Positions 7,351 through 17,303 of a stretch of DNA of 64,000 bases are shown piece by piece. Location of the stretch: the IMG/VR virus record IMGVR_UViG_3300037042_004000, positions 10,323-74,322 of that record; one strand, given 5' to 3'. Numbering within the stretch: the first letter of the stretch is position 1; each line of letters begins with the position of its first letter. The translations under genes were made by a program, and so were the position numbers. The stretch is from a virus. The notes beneath the pieces were generated by a model that was given only the letters and a program-made list of their open reading frames with translations, was not told the DNA's origin and searched no databases.

Positions 7351-8653
7351 TTTAGTATTTACAGATTGGTTACTAGAACAAGACATGCCAGCAATGGGAG
7401 GTCAACCTGATCCAATGGCTGGACAAGCTCCAGGAGTTGATCCTACAAATGCTGCTGAACCACCTCCTCAAAGTAGTCCACCATCTGGAATGCAGCCTAA
7501 TCAAAATGATCCAAATATTACTCAGCAAGCAGGACAGCCAGAAGATGTTACTCAAGACCCTCAATCGCCTGATATGCCAGAGGAAAATGAAGAAGAAGAT
7601 TTTGAAACATGGAAAATCAAATATTTTAAAGCATCCGTTAAAGGTGATTCCAATGAACTAATTGATATCTTGAATGAAAAAAGAGATTCAATGGATCTTA
7701 CACCTGTTCAACATAAATTTATAGAAGATAATTTCAACATTCAATTGTTACGACAAAACTCTAACATTGAAAAGGCATCTAAAGAGATTAGAAAACTTAT
7801 AAAGGATCAAATAGATAAAAACAATCCAGCAACTACTGTTGTGAATCACATGTTTTCTGTTTTAGAGACAATCCCTCAACTTAATCAAATATACATTAAG
7901 TGCAATGGTTATGGTGGAATGAAACAAGATTTACATCGTAAATTTATTGCTGCGTTGTTAGGGGCTGTGCAAGTTGGAACTGGCGCAAATGCTGAAGATG
8001 TTATTTTTAATGAACGAGAATATTCAATTATGATTTCTACCCGATTCAATGCTCGTTGGGGTGATGTGAATTTGGGAGATTGGAGTTTGAGAGAGGATGA
8101 TGCAGAAAGATATTTATCGGAACCAGAACAAAAAAGGATGACGGGTAATGGCTCGCCAGAAGAAAAAGACGTGCTGCGAAGAAGAGTGGTATTGGAATCC
8201 ATTGCAGATCAGTTTAAACAAAGGGCTTTTATCATTAATGTAATGGGAGAGAATGGAACTGTTTATACTCTTGGTTGGGATATTAGCAATGCTTTGAAAC
8301 AAGCTTATCAAGAGGGAAGATTGGTAGTTAGAACCAGACGGTCTGATAATAGTCAGGCAATGATAACTGACGAAGGCAAAATTGTTCCATTTATTGATTT
8401 GGCTATTAATTATGTAAAAGAAACTGGTGAACAAGATGAGGATGGACAACCAGCAACGGAAGAATTGGAATTTATGAGAAGGCAGAATGGGCGTTTATAT
8501 TTAGTGGCAGCACTAGGAACCATTAAAGAAGCCGCACAGGGACTTGCTGGCACAACATTCCAAGAGACACCTTATTCTGGTAATCCAAGCGACCTTCGCA
8601 CGATCCAAAGATGCGTGTATTCTACGAGTGACATGGTCCTAAGAAGCTGTTAA
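7343..8653 (+). CDS. Hypothetical, putative head protein with Pro/Gln-rich N-terminus
   Basis: 436-aa ORF beginning FTDWLLEQ. Confidence 0.75.
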   Translation: MNNLVFTDWLLEQDMPAMGGQPDPMAGQAPGVDPTNAAEPPPQSSPPSGMQPNQNDPNITQQAGQPEDVTQDPQSPDMPEENEEEDFETWKIKYFKASVKGDSNELIDILNEKRDSMDLTPVQHKFIEDNFNIQLLRQNSNIEKASKEIRKLIKDQIDKNNPATTVVNHMFSVLETIPQLNQIYIKCNGYGGMKQDLHRKFIAALLGAVQVGTGANAEDVIFNEREYSIMISTRFNARWGDVNLGDWSLREDDAERYLSEPEQKRMTGNGSPEEKDVLRRRVVLESIADQFKQRAFIINVMGENGTVYTLGWDISNALKQAYQEGRLVVRTRRSDNSQAMITDEGKIVPFIDLAINYVKETGEQDEDGQPATEELEFMRRQNGRLYLVAALGTIKEAAQGLAGTTFQETPYSGNPSDLRTIQRCVYSTSDMVLRSC

Positions 8654-8669
8654 AAACAAGAGGAAAATC

Positions 8670-9161
8670 ATGGGAAGTTTTGGACAATTTGTAGACAAAA
8701 AAACAAGAGCCGCTCGTAAAAATTTAGGGGTGGTAGAACGAGTATTAAAGACAGGTGGGTTTGATATTAAGAACCACTTGGAAGAAGAAGAACCATATTT
8801 ATTTTTACCAAGTCCTACCAAGAGAACATCTTTTGGTGGCATACGCATTTATAAAATTGGAGAAAGCATTGCATACAGAGTTCAAAAAGAAGAGAAGACA
8901 CATCCTTATGGTAAAGCTTATCGCTTAGACATTAAAGAGATGTATGATGATTTGCTATCTGATGATGAAATGACAGAAAAGAAAGCAGCGAAAGAAGTAA
9001 TTGAATCCGTATTAAAAGAGTTTAATAAGTTTTTTGAAAAGAGTTGTGAAGCTGACCGAGAAATGAGAGATCAAGATTTTGACCAACAGGGAGACCCATT
9101 GGGCAGAGTAATGGTTAGAAGCACTGGAACAGATTACAGCAACACTTTGAGAAACAGTTGA
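8670..9161 (+). CDS. Hypothetical protein
   Basis: GAGG SD; begins SFGQFV. Confidence 0.75.
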   Translation: MGSFGQFVDKKTRAARKNLGVVERVLKTGGFDIKNHLEEEEPYLFLPSPTKRTSFGGIRIYKIGESIAYRVQKEEKTHPYGKAYRLDIKEMYDDLLSDDEMTEKKAAKEVIESVLKEFNKFFEKSCEADREMRDQDFDQQGDPLGRVMVRSTGTDYSNTLRNS

Positions 9162-9183
9162 CATAAAGCATAAATAATATGCA

Positions 9184-9783
9184 ATGCCTTTTAATCCACA
9201 AGCAAGAAAAATATATCAATCTCTCTCAAACATATTAAGAGATATAAGTCAGAATTCGGAATATGTGAAGGGATTTAATCTTCCGAGAGGTTCGATTGTA
9301 ACTTTTCATTATGCTTTGTGGAAGCATGATCCATATCCTACCTTAATAGTAACCGATGCAGTTCCTCCACAATATGGCAAGGATGGCATGTTGAGAGGAA
9401 TAAATATTAACTATATTACATTTAACATGTTTAGACAAAAAATATTAAATAATTGTGGTAATCCCAGTTTTTCTTATAGAACGTCGATTATAGGAGATAT
9501 GTATTTAAGGCGGGCATTTAGAAGATATAAGTGGAACGCCAATAACGTAAGATTATTACAAATGTTTGATGTAAAAGAAATAATAGAGAAAGCAGGAATT
9601 GTTAGGGCTTATGATCCATCACAGGCTCAAACGATTAAAGAGTCGATTAAGAGGCAGTTAGCATTGCCATTTGGGCAACAGAGTGCCACTGAGATGGCTC
9701 AACCACAACAACAGCAACAATTTGTTAGTAAACCAATTCCAGGACAAGGGACTGTTCCAGGAATACCAACAGGACAACAATAA
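9184..9783 (+). CDS. T4 gp2-like DNA end protector
   Basis: FHY...DPYP.LIV...GININY...AFRRY pattern. Confidence 0.6.
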   Translation: MPFNPQARKIYQSLSNILRDISQNSEYVKGFNLPRGSIVTFHYALWKHDPYPTLIVTDAVPPQYGKDGMLRGININYITFNMFRQKILNNCGNPSFSYRTSIIGDMYLRRAFRRYKWNANNVRLLQMFDVKEIIEKAGIVRAYDPSQAQTIKESIKRQLALPFGQQSATEMAQPQQQQQFVSKPIPGQGTVPGIPTGQQ

Positions 9784-9786
9784 ACG

Positions 9787-12786
9787 ATGGCACCGATTAC
9801 ACCAATTACACCAGAAGCCTTTGATAAAATAGAAGAATCTTTAGACAAACAATCCAAATTGTCTGCAAAGGGTGCTACATTACTTAAACAGATAAAAGAT
9901 TTGTTAACGGCATTGGGAAGAGGAACAGTTAAAGATTTTGATAAACTTATAAACGAGATGAAGGCTGTTTCAAAGGCAACTGCTGCAAGTAAAGCTGCTG
10001 CTGGAACTGTTGGAAAGAAGGGCGGAATAGATTTAGACAAGGCAGCAATTGCAAAATCTGGTAGTGATGCTGGTTCATTGTTTGCAAAAATGTTTGGTAA
10101 ATCTGGGAAAATGGGGAAGGGAAACGCCATATTGACAGGCACCGTTGGATTAATAGGCGAAGCTTCTAAAGAAATGGATGTATGGGGAAGGTTGTTTAAA
10201 GGAGTCATTAAAGACGAGTGGGAGTACATGAGTAACATGCGACAAATAGGATTTGTCACACAAGGTATAACATCGGAAACCAATGATTTGCAGGAAGCCT
10301 TTCAAGATATGGGCAGTGGACTTAGGGCTGTTCAAGAGACTGGACAAGATTTAACTACCAATCAAAGAGCATATGCTGCTTTAGTAAGACAAGGATCAAA
10401 GGCTAACAAAGAGACCTTGAGAATATCTAAAACTAGTTTAGCTCTTGGAACATTGATTGGAGGAAATGCCGAAGATACGGCAGCGGTGTCTCAAGAAATG
10501 ACGGAAATCATGGGCAAGTGGAACAGAGAGTTAAGTTTAGGGTCTAATCAAATTTCTGATATTTCAAGAGGTATTCAAGCAACAGCTAGAGGCACTGGAC
10601 TTATGGGTAAAGAACTAACGGCTGTTGTTAAGTCTATGGATGTGCTGATGAAAGACATGAGAAACGCTAACACCCTAACAGCAAGTGCGGCAAAGGCTAT
10701 GATAGCACTTGCTGCAAGTGCTCATAAATTGGGTGTAGGGGAGTCAATGGAGAAATTACAAGCCGCAATGGTCAATCCTTGGAAACTTCTTAATGAGACT
10801 AGTGCGGAAGATAGAAACTACATGATGATGATTGCGTCTAGGATGGGAAAAACTAATCAATTACTTGCAGGCACAATGGGGACAACAAAAGGATTTAAAG
10901 AAATGGCTGGTAGTGCCAAAACTATGGCAGAAAATATAGCCGGAATGTCATTTGACCAACTTGAAAAACTCAGCAAGTCTAACCGACAAGCAGATAAAGA
11001 AAGGATGATGCAAATTAACCAAGCTTTAATGAAAGCGACTGGAAGGCAATTTGGGCAAATGCAGCAAGAGATTAAGGCATGGGAAGAAGCTGGTAAAACT
11101 TTTGCTCAAAAATCAGCAGAAATGAAAAAAGCATTAAAAGAGCCTCTTTCAACCTCGAAAAAGAAAAAACTGACAGACGATTTAAACCAGGCTGGGATCG
11201 TTGCTGCATTTGATCTTATGACACAAATAGAAGAGGCAACTGCTAGCACTAAAGATCTTGGTAAGGCTACTAAAGAAGTGTTAGGTGATAAAAAATTTGC
11301 AGAAGATTTGAAAGCCTTAGAAATAGATGTGACTAAATTAACTACTGCTCCGATGGAAGCTTTTATGGAGACAGCAATGAGGGCCAATAAAGGAATGAAA
11401 GGCATGGATGCTAGTGCAAGAGATTTTTCAAAAGATATAGCTAAAGTAGCTGCTTCAGGCGATCTTATTGCAATGAAAGATTTGTTAGAAAATATGAGTG
11501 TTGAAAATGATGAAATAATGAAACGTAAAAGGAAAGGAGTAACGCCAGAAGAAAAAGCCTTAGATGCTTTAAATCAAATTAACGGTTACTTGAGAGAAGA
11601 AATTGGTCCTTGGGTAAGATATCTTTCTGGCGCAATGATAGCTTTGGAATTAATTGGTGGATTATTGGGTGGGGCGTGGGGGCTAAAAACACTTTATACA
11701 TTAATTGCTGGCAAGGGCGCTCTGGGAGGCGTGGTAAGTCTTGCAGGAGGTGCTGGTGGTCTTATATCTAAAATTGCTTCTCCTATTACCAAGTTAATTC
11801 CATTTTTAGGCCCGGCTGGGCCTTTGATAGTTGGATTGGCTGCTTTGGGAGCGATAATTTATGGAGCGTCTAAAATTTGGGAAGCTTGGAAAGATAGTGA
11901 ATTAGCAGCTAAGAAAAACGAGGAAACAAAAAAACTTTCCGATAAAACTGTTGCAAAAGTTGCGTCTAATATGGCGCATGGAAAAAGTATAGTTGAAAAG
12001 GCTGGTAGTCCTGAAGAAAAGTTAAAAGAATTAAATTTTCAAGAAAAACTGGTTTCTGGAAGCTTAAAAGATCGAACTAAAAAGGCTACAGAGGCTAAAA
12101 AAGACGTAGAATCTTATAGTTGGTATCAACAATGGGGTAGTGATTACGAAACTTCCGTAAAACTTTCTGCGAATTTAGACAAAGAAATTACTACTAGAAA
12201 ATCACAGTTAGAAGATATTAGAAAACAAAAAAAAGCACTTGAAGAGGCCGGTGTTAAAGCATTGCCGCCTGATTCGCCTGACAAATTTAAGAAAGTGGTT
12301 GCAACGGCAACTGATAAAGTGGCTGCTAAAGATGCAGGTAAAAACTTGGATAAAATTGGTGATGCGGCAGATGCAGCAACTACCGAGGGAAGTATTTATG
12401 TTCATGATATTGCTCTTGAGAAAATTTTATCTAGTTTTTTAATGGGACCAAATGAATCTGCTGCGTCTGTCAGTTCCATGCCAATGTTAACTGAGGGTGA
12501 GCGAGCGGAAAAAATGCAACAAGGGTTTAAGTTGGAAGGAGAGGGAGATAATTCATTAACTTCCATTGCCAAATTTAATGAAGAACAAGTAGTATTATTA
12601 AGTTCAATTAATGAAGGTATACAATTGTTGGCTAATTTGTGGAAACCATCATCTGCTAAAGCTAGTCAAACAGATGCGGGGGGATCAAACAATACAGGAT
12701 CGCCTGGAAGAGTTGCTGCCGATTATGGTAGGTGGCCAGTATTGCAAAGTCATGGTGCTAGTACAGGAGTTATTGCAAATGCCTAA
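9787..12786 (+). CDS. Tail tape measure protein
   Basis: 999 aa, Ala/Lys/Met-rich helical, Gly-rich hydrophobic segments, precedes baseplate genes. Confidence 0.8.
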   Translation: MAPITPITPEAFDKIEESLDKQSKLSAKGATLLKQIKDLLTALGRGTVKDFDKLINEMKAVSKATAASKAAAGTVGKKGGIDLDKAAIAKSGSDAGSLFAKMFGKSGKMGKGNAILTGTVGLIGEASKEMDVWGRLFKGVIKDEWEYMSNMRQIGFVTQGITSETNDLQEAFQDMGSGLRAVQETGQDLTTNQRAYAALVRQGSKANKETLRISKTSLALGTLIGGNAEDTAAVSQEMTEIMGKWNRELSLGSNQISDISRGIQATARGTGLMGKELTAVVKSMDVLMKDMRNANTLTASAAKAMIALAASAHKLGVGESMEKLQAAMVNPWKLLNETSAEDRNYMMMIASRMGKTNQLLAGTMGTTKGFKEMAGSAKTMAENIAGMSFDQLEKLSKSNRQADKERMMQINQALMKATGRQFGQMQQEIKAWEEAGKTFAQKSAEMKKALKEPLSTSKKKKLTDDLNQAGIVAAFDLMTQIEEATASTKDLGKATKEVLGDKKFAEDLKALEIDVTKLTTAPMEAFMETAMRANKGMKGMDASARDFSKDIAKVAASGDLIAMKDLLENMSVENDEIMKRKRKGVTPEEKALDALNQINGYLREEIGPWVRYLSGAMIALELIGGLLGGAWGLKTLYTLIAGKGALGGVVSLAGGAGGLISKIASPITKLIPFLGPAGPLIVGLAALGAIIYGASKIWEAWKDSELAAKKNEETKKLSDKTVAKVASNMAHGKSIVEKAGSPEEKLKELNFQEKLVSGSLKDRTKKATEAKKDVESYSWYQQWGSDYETSVKLSANLDKEITTRKSQLEDIRKQKKALEEAGVKALPPDSPDKFKKVVATATDKVAAKDAGKNLDKIGDAADAATTEGSIYVHDIALEKILSSFLMGPNESAASVSSMPMLTEGERAEKMQQGFKLEGEGDNSLTSIAKFNEEQVVLLSSINEGIQLLANLWKPSSAKASQTDAGGSNNTGSPGRVAADYGRWPVLQSHGASTGVIANA

Positions 12787-13327
12787 AGCTACAAATAATG
12801 GTAAATTAAACAAATTAGATGATAATAAATTTTATATTCTCATACCAAAAAATGGGGGTTTACCAGAGCGTAAAATTTCGTTTTATGTATTGCCAGAAAT
12901 TTCAGATTCTAAGTCAGCGGTATATGCAGATGAATCAATTATGGGAAGATCAATGCCACTAAAAACCTATTCTTATTCTGACAATAGAAGCATTGGTGTT
13001 AATATACATTTTTTGGTAACTAGTCAAAAGGATATTAGTGAAAACATTACGGCTATGCGATCTTTACAAAGTTGTGTATATCCAGGTGAAGAAGGTAATT
13101 TCCCATTTACTCCTCCACCTGTATGTAAGATAAAATTTGGAGATATATTGGGCAGCAAGCCGTTGTGTTGTGTGCTTAAGTCCTATTCTGTAAAATTTCC
13201 AACTGAAGTAGCATGGGATGCGACTTATTTTATACCATACAAATTTGATATGGATACAAATTGGGATGTTGTTTACAACAGTATGGATCTTCCAAGCTCT
13301 ACTAGAATTTTACAGTTCGGAGTATAA
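12779..13327 (+). CDS. Tail tube initiator / CIS tube-like protein
   Basis: P.ISDSKSA.Y....MGRS.P...Y, PPP.CKI.FG motifs; start reassigned. Confidence 0.75.
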   Translation: MPKATNNGKLNKLDDNKFYILIPKNGGLPERKISFYVLPEISDSKSAVYADESIMGRSMPLKTYSYSDNRSIGVNIHFLVTSQKDISENITAMRSLQSCVYPGEEGNFPFTPPPVCKIKFGDILGSKPLCCVLKSYSVKFPTEVAWDATYFIPYKFDMDTNWDVVYNSMDLPSSTRILQFGV

Positions 13328-13329
13328 AG

Positions 13330-13656
13330 ATGGCAAACAAAATAGAAATTACAACAATAGATCCCCAAAAAAATGGTTTGGCAGCTCCAATGAGTCGATA
13401 CACTACTAGCCAAGTAATTTATTATGGCGATGCTAAAAAAATGACTTATGCAACATATGTGAAAAATGTTGCAAATATAAATAAATCAGATAGATATGCC
13501 GTTATTCCGCCTGGATATGAGTATCGTCCTGATCGAGCTTCTATTGAAGCTTACGGTATACCGGATTTGTGGTGGAAAATTATGGAAGCCAATAATATAA
13601 AAGACATATTTGATTTTAAAGCCGGGAGAACAATCAGATTACCGGAGAACATTTAA
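13330..13656 (+). CDS. Baseplate wedge protein, gp53/LysM-like
   Basis: RPDRAS..AYG...LWWKIMEANNI...G.TIRLP. Confidence 0.85.
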   Translation: MANKIEITTIDPQKNGLAAPMSRYTTSQVIYYGDAKKMTYATYVKNVANINKSDRYAVIPPGYEYRPDRASIEAYGIPDLWWKIMEANNIKDIFDFKAGRTIRLPENI

Positions 13657-15065
13657 TGGCGCAAGATACATATGAATGTCTGAGAGATTGCATAGCCGAC
13701 TACGGTAGTATTAAGCCATTATTTCTGCCTGGAGTGGGAAGTAATGGTGATTATTCTAGGAGGAATAATGTGATGTCTCCATTTGTCACTGTGGATTTTA
13801 TGGGAGGTGGAGGCAATCTTACCGTAGGCAACAAATCTTCTCCCGACGTAGATAACCACGCTATTATTAAAAGTTTTGAGTGTGGTACGTCTGATGGAAT
13901 GGCATGTTCAATAGAAATTTTTGATGAAGAGGGAGGGAAATTTCAGCAAGTTTTTCGCCGTCTCACAAAAAAGATGACAAATATTGACGATTATAAAATG
14001 AAAATAGACTTCGGATGGTTGATGACAGATTGTAATGGACAGACATCAAAGTGGGGAACTTCACAATCAATTTACATGCTTCCATTCCAAATTGAAGTAA
14101 ATTATATTCAAGGTAAAATCAAATATTTGGTAACTGGAAATGATGTTATGAACGGCAGTTTTAATACAAGATACACGAAACCTCTAGGAGATGATAAATA
14201 CAGCAAACTTTCTCTTAAAGATGCCATTAGAAAGCTTTGTAAAGATGAAGATCCTAAAATTAATGTGGAATTTAAAAAAAAGGGGGCTGAAGAAGAATGG
14301 GACTTTAAAGGTGATCCCAAGGATAGTTGGAAAACAAATAATGAAGATAAATTATCTATTATAAGACGTTGGATTAGACCTTACCGAACTATAGATGATA
14401 AGGGAATTATAATTACTTGGAATAACACAGAAGAGAAACCCACATTAATTCTTTGGGAAGATCCTGGTGAAGAGTGGGGAAAACCTATTGGAACCTTTAT
14501 TGTTAATGGGGGCAAATGCAGTAATGTTCTAGAATTTAGCCCTAAGTATAATTTTACGATAGGAATGGCGACCAAATCTGTTGGTGGTTATAGTGGTGGC
14601 GCAACATCTGGCGGACCAGTAGATATTAAAAAAGATATTACAAAAGAAAAAACCACAGAAGGTATTTTAAAAGCAATAACTGTCCCTTCTCATGTTATAA
14701 ACACTGAAGGTACAAAAGATGCTGGAAAACAAGTTGCCACATCTGAAGAGGCGAACAGCAAAGCAAATGCCGCAAGTGAACAATTGAATCAAGTAGATGC
14801 TGAAATGCGAATACATGGCAATCCGTCTTTGAAATTGTGTAGTATTATAGAAATGTTAAACGCAAGGGTCGCCATTGTAGTCATTAATCCTTTTCATTTA
14901 TTTGGTGGAGAAGGAGAATGTGGGAAATGGTTGGCCAAACCTATGTGTAATGATATTTTATCAAGTAAAGATTGGATGATAATGGGAGTATCTCACTCTA
15001 TTAGAGAAGGTAGTTTCACAACTACTTTAAAGCTTTATTTGCCTGCTAGGAGCATACCAATTTAA
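13656..15065 (+). CDS. Baseplate hub protein, gp27-like
   Basis: IHGNP and VSHSI..GSFTTTLKL motifs; position. Confidence 0.7.
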   Translation: MAQDTYECLRDCIADYGSIKPLFLPGVGSNGDYSRRNNVMSPFVTVDFMGGGGNLTVGNKSSPDVDNHAIIKSFECGTSDGMACSIEIFDEEGGKFQQVFRRLTKKMTNIDDYKMKIDFGWLMTDCNGQTSKWGTSQSIYMLPFQIEVNYIQGKIKYLVTGNDVMNGSFNTRYTKPLGDDKYSKLSLKDAIRKLCKDEDPKINVEFKKKGAEEEWDFKGDPKDSWKTNNEDKLSIIRRWIRPYRTIDDKGIIITWNNTEEKPTLILWEDPGEEWGKPIGTFIVNGGKCSNVLEFSPKYNFTIGMATKSVGGYSGGATSGGPVDIKKDITKEKTTEGILKAITVPSHVINTEGTKDAGKQVATSEEANSKANAASEQLNQVDAEMRIHGNPSLKLCSIIEMLNARVAIVVINPFHLFGGEGECGKWLAKPMCNDILSSKDWMIMGVSHSIREGSFTTTLKLYLPARSIPI

Positions 15066-16907
15066 ATGTATAAAATTGATGACATAGAATATCGTTTGAC
15101 TGCAATTGAAAATCGTTTTGGCGACTTAGGCTATGATTTTAAGAAAATAGTAACTAGCGAACTTAAAAGACGTTGGAGACATATTTCGCAAAATGAATCA
15201 TATTTTGGATTGTATACAGCACTGTGTATAGACACTCAAGATCCGTATCAACAAGGTAGAGTTAGGTTCTTCTCCCCGGTATTTAATGAAGTTGATGCAC
15301 CTATTGAAAGCTTAGATTGGGCTTACCCTATTACACCTATGGGAGGATTAGATGATTCGGGATTAGTTTGGGTTCCACCTGTAGGAACAACTCTTTGTAT
15401 TATATTTGAAAGAGGGTCAAGAGATGCACCTTATTATATAGGAACCACTTGGCATAGAGATAGAGGCCCTGATGGTGAGCATATTTGGGATTTTAATATC
15501 AAAGAATATTATGACTTGTATGAAGGACATAGGAAAGGATATTTAATACCGCCTAATGATGGCTCTCAAGTCATGCCTCCCTGGAATACAGATAATTATG
15601 AAGAAATAGATCAACCAAAATTAGTCGGTCCTCCCAAAACAAATAAATTTGCCTCTCCTAATCAATATGGATATAAAACACCACAAAAAGCGATGGTCAA
15701 ACATGTAGATGGCAATAAAGAGAAGGATTACAAATTCAAAAGAACTGAAATTCTTTCATCTTGTGGCAATGGAATGCTTTTCAAAGATGATCCAATGAAC
15801 AAAAGTATTGATTGCATTCATCCAGATAAAGGAGGAAGCAACGAATATTTTAAACATGAAAATGAGTGCCGTCCATTTAAAGGCCCAGATACTCCTCAGA
15901 ATAACAAGTATTCCCTTAATAATACAGGCGTTCAAATAATTTCTTGTTCGGGACATACAATTATTTTAGACGATAAGATTAGTGGTGAAGGAGAGATCCC
16001 AGAATGGGAGAAAAGCATTGAGCCTTTTAATTTTGGAGATTTATATCAAGGTAAATTAAAGATAATTTCTACTACTGGACATAGAATAGAATTAAGTGAT
16101 GAAGAAGATGTGCCTGAAAACAGAGGGAAAAATAATTATATTAGATTATTATCTGCTTGTGGTAATTGTATTGAATTGAACGATCATACCGTGGATAGTA
16201 CCTCTGCTGGTTCCGAAAGAGGTATTCATATCATCAGCACAAGCAAACATACTTTTGAGATGATAGATGAAGAGAATACTCAAGCTAGTCCAGCAAGGGA
16301 AGAGATAGATAAACCAGATGATGAAGCAGAAGCTAATATTGACAGGGAAGATAGACCAGTAAGTCAAGCGAAAAAAGCATTTGTTAGAATAAGAACTGGA
16401 TATGGTTTAGAGTTAATGATGTCGGATGACAATAGTCAAGAGGAGACGAAACAACAATATATTCAAATTTATTGTCCTTTTACCACTTCTCAAGAAGATG
16501 GACCACACATAATGAGGTTCCAAGAGGGCAGTGGAGGCAATGGTTATGTGTTTTTAATGGTTGGTGGTTATTATCTTTGTTATACTAAAAAAGACAACAT
16601 ATCAATTGTTGGGGAAGAAAAAGATCCATCTGATTGGATTGTGGTTGTAAGTAAAAATAGTTTTATAATATCGAAGGAAAGTTATATAAACGTGTCTAAA
16701 TCACATTTGTTTTTGGCAGATGAAGCTATATATTTATTAGCGGGGCATGATAATTTTGAATACAATCCAAAAGGTGATCCATACATGTACCCCGTAATGT
16801 GTTTGGGTAAAAACGGAATCGTTTTCAGTGACAGAGTATATGTTTCTGCTTCCGATGCCGCCCAATTAGCACCTGTATTTTTAATGTCGCCATTCGCCAA
16901 AGGATAA
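15066..16907 (+). CDS. Baseplate spike, gp5/VgrG OB-fold protein
   Basis: DPYQQGRVR, VPPVGT...FERG...PYYIG, repeated GH.I.L.D units. Confidence 0.85.
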   Translation: MYKIDDIEYRLTAIENRFGDLGYDFKKIVTSELKRRWRHISQNESYFGLYTALCIDTQDPYQQGRVRFFSPVFNEVDAPIESLDWAYPITPMGGLDDSGLVWVPPVGTTLCIIFERGSRDAPYYIGTTWHRDRGPDGEHIWDFNIKEYYDLYEGHRKGYLIPPNDGSQVMPPWNTDNYEEIDQPKLVGPPKTNKFASPNQYGYKTPQKAMVKHVDGNKEKDYKFKRTEILSSCGNGMLFKDDPMNKSIDCIHPDKGGSNEYFKHENECRPFKGPDTPQNNKYSLNNTGVQIISCSGHTIILDDKISGEGEIPEWEKSIEPFNFGDLYQGKLKIISTTGHRIELSDEEDVPENRGKNNYIRLLSACGNCIELNDHTVDSTSAGSERGIHIISTSKHTFEMIDEENTQASPAREEIDKPDDEAEANIDREDRPVSQAKKAFVRIRTGYGLELMMSDDNSQEETKQQYIQIYCPFTTSQEDGPHIMRFQEGSGGNGYVFLMVGGYYLCYTKKDNISIVGEEKDPSDWIVVVSKNSFIISKESYINVSKSHLFLADEAIYLLAGHDNFEYNPKGDPYMYPVMCLGKNGIVFSDRVYVSASDAAQLAPVFLMSPFAKG

Positions 16908-16909
16908 AA

Positions 16910-17302
16910 ATGGAAATATTTGGAGCACCATATCCGATAGAACAACACCCATTAGGGTTTTTTCATGTTCAAACTGGGTTGGATCAAACCAAATCAGATT
17001 TGTTAGCATTACTTTTAACTAATCCAAATGAAAGAATAATGCTTAACGATTTCGGCGTTCCATTAAGAAGGCTTATGTTTGAACAAAGTAGTGATATTTT
17101 AATAGAAGAAGCAAAAAGACTTATAACAATAGCTATAAGAACTTGGGAGCCTAGAGTAGAAATTGAAAATATTGATGTTTCTTTTGGAGAAGAAGAAGAT
17201 GACCAAGTTCTATATATTAAAATTAAATTTTTTGATCCAAATAATATTACAGAATTACAAGAACTAGTGTTAGAACTACCACTTAGTTCATCAGGAGCTT
17301 AA
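16910..17302 (+). CDS. Baseplate wedge gp25-like protein
   Basis: LLTNPNERIM..DFG..LRRLMFE, WEPRV. Confidence 0.92.
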   Translation: MEIFGAPYPIEQHPLGFFHVQTGLDQTKSDLLALLLTNPNERIMLNDFGVPLRRLMFEQSSDILIEEAKRLITIAIRTWEPRVEIENIDVSFGEEEDDQVLYIKIKFFDPNNITELQELVLELPLSSSGA

Positions 17303-17303
17303 G

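Noticed and set aside
9699-10283. Long antisense ORFs (also 29690-30241, 35111-35590, 47695-47934)
   Set aside because: Shadows of biased-composition genes on the other strand or frame
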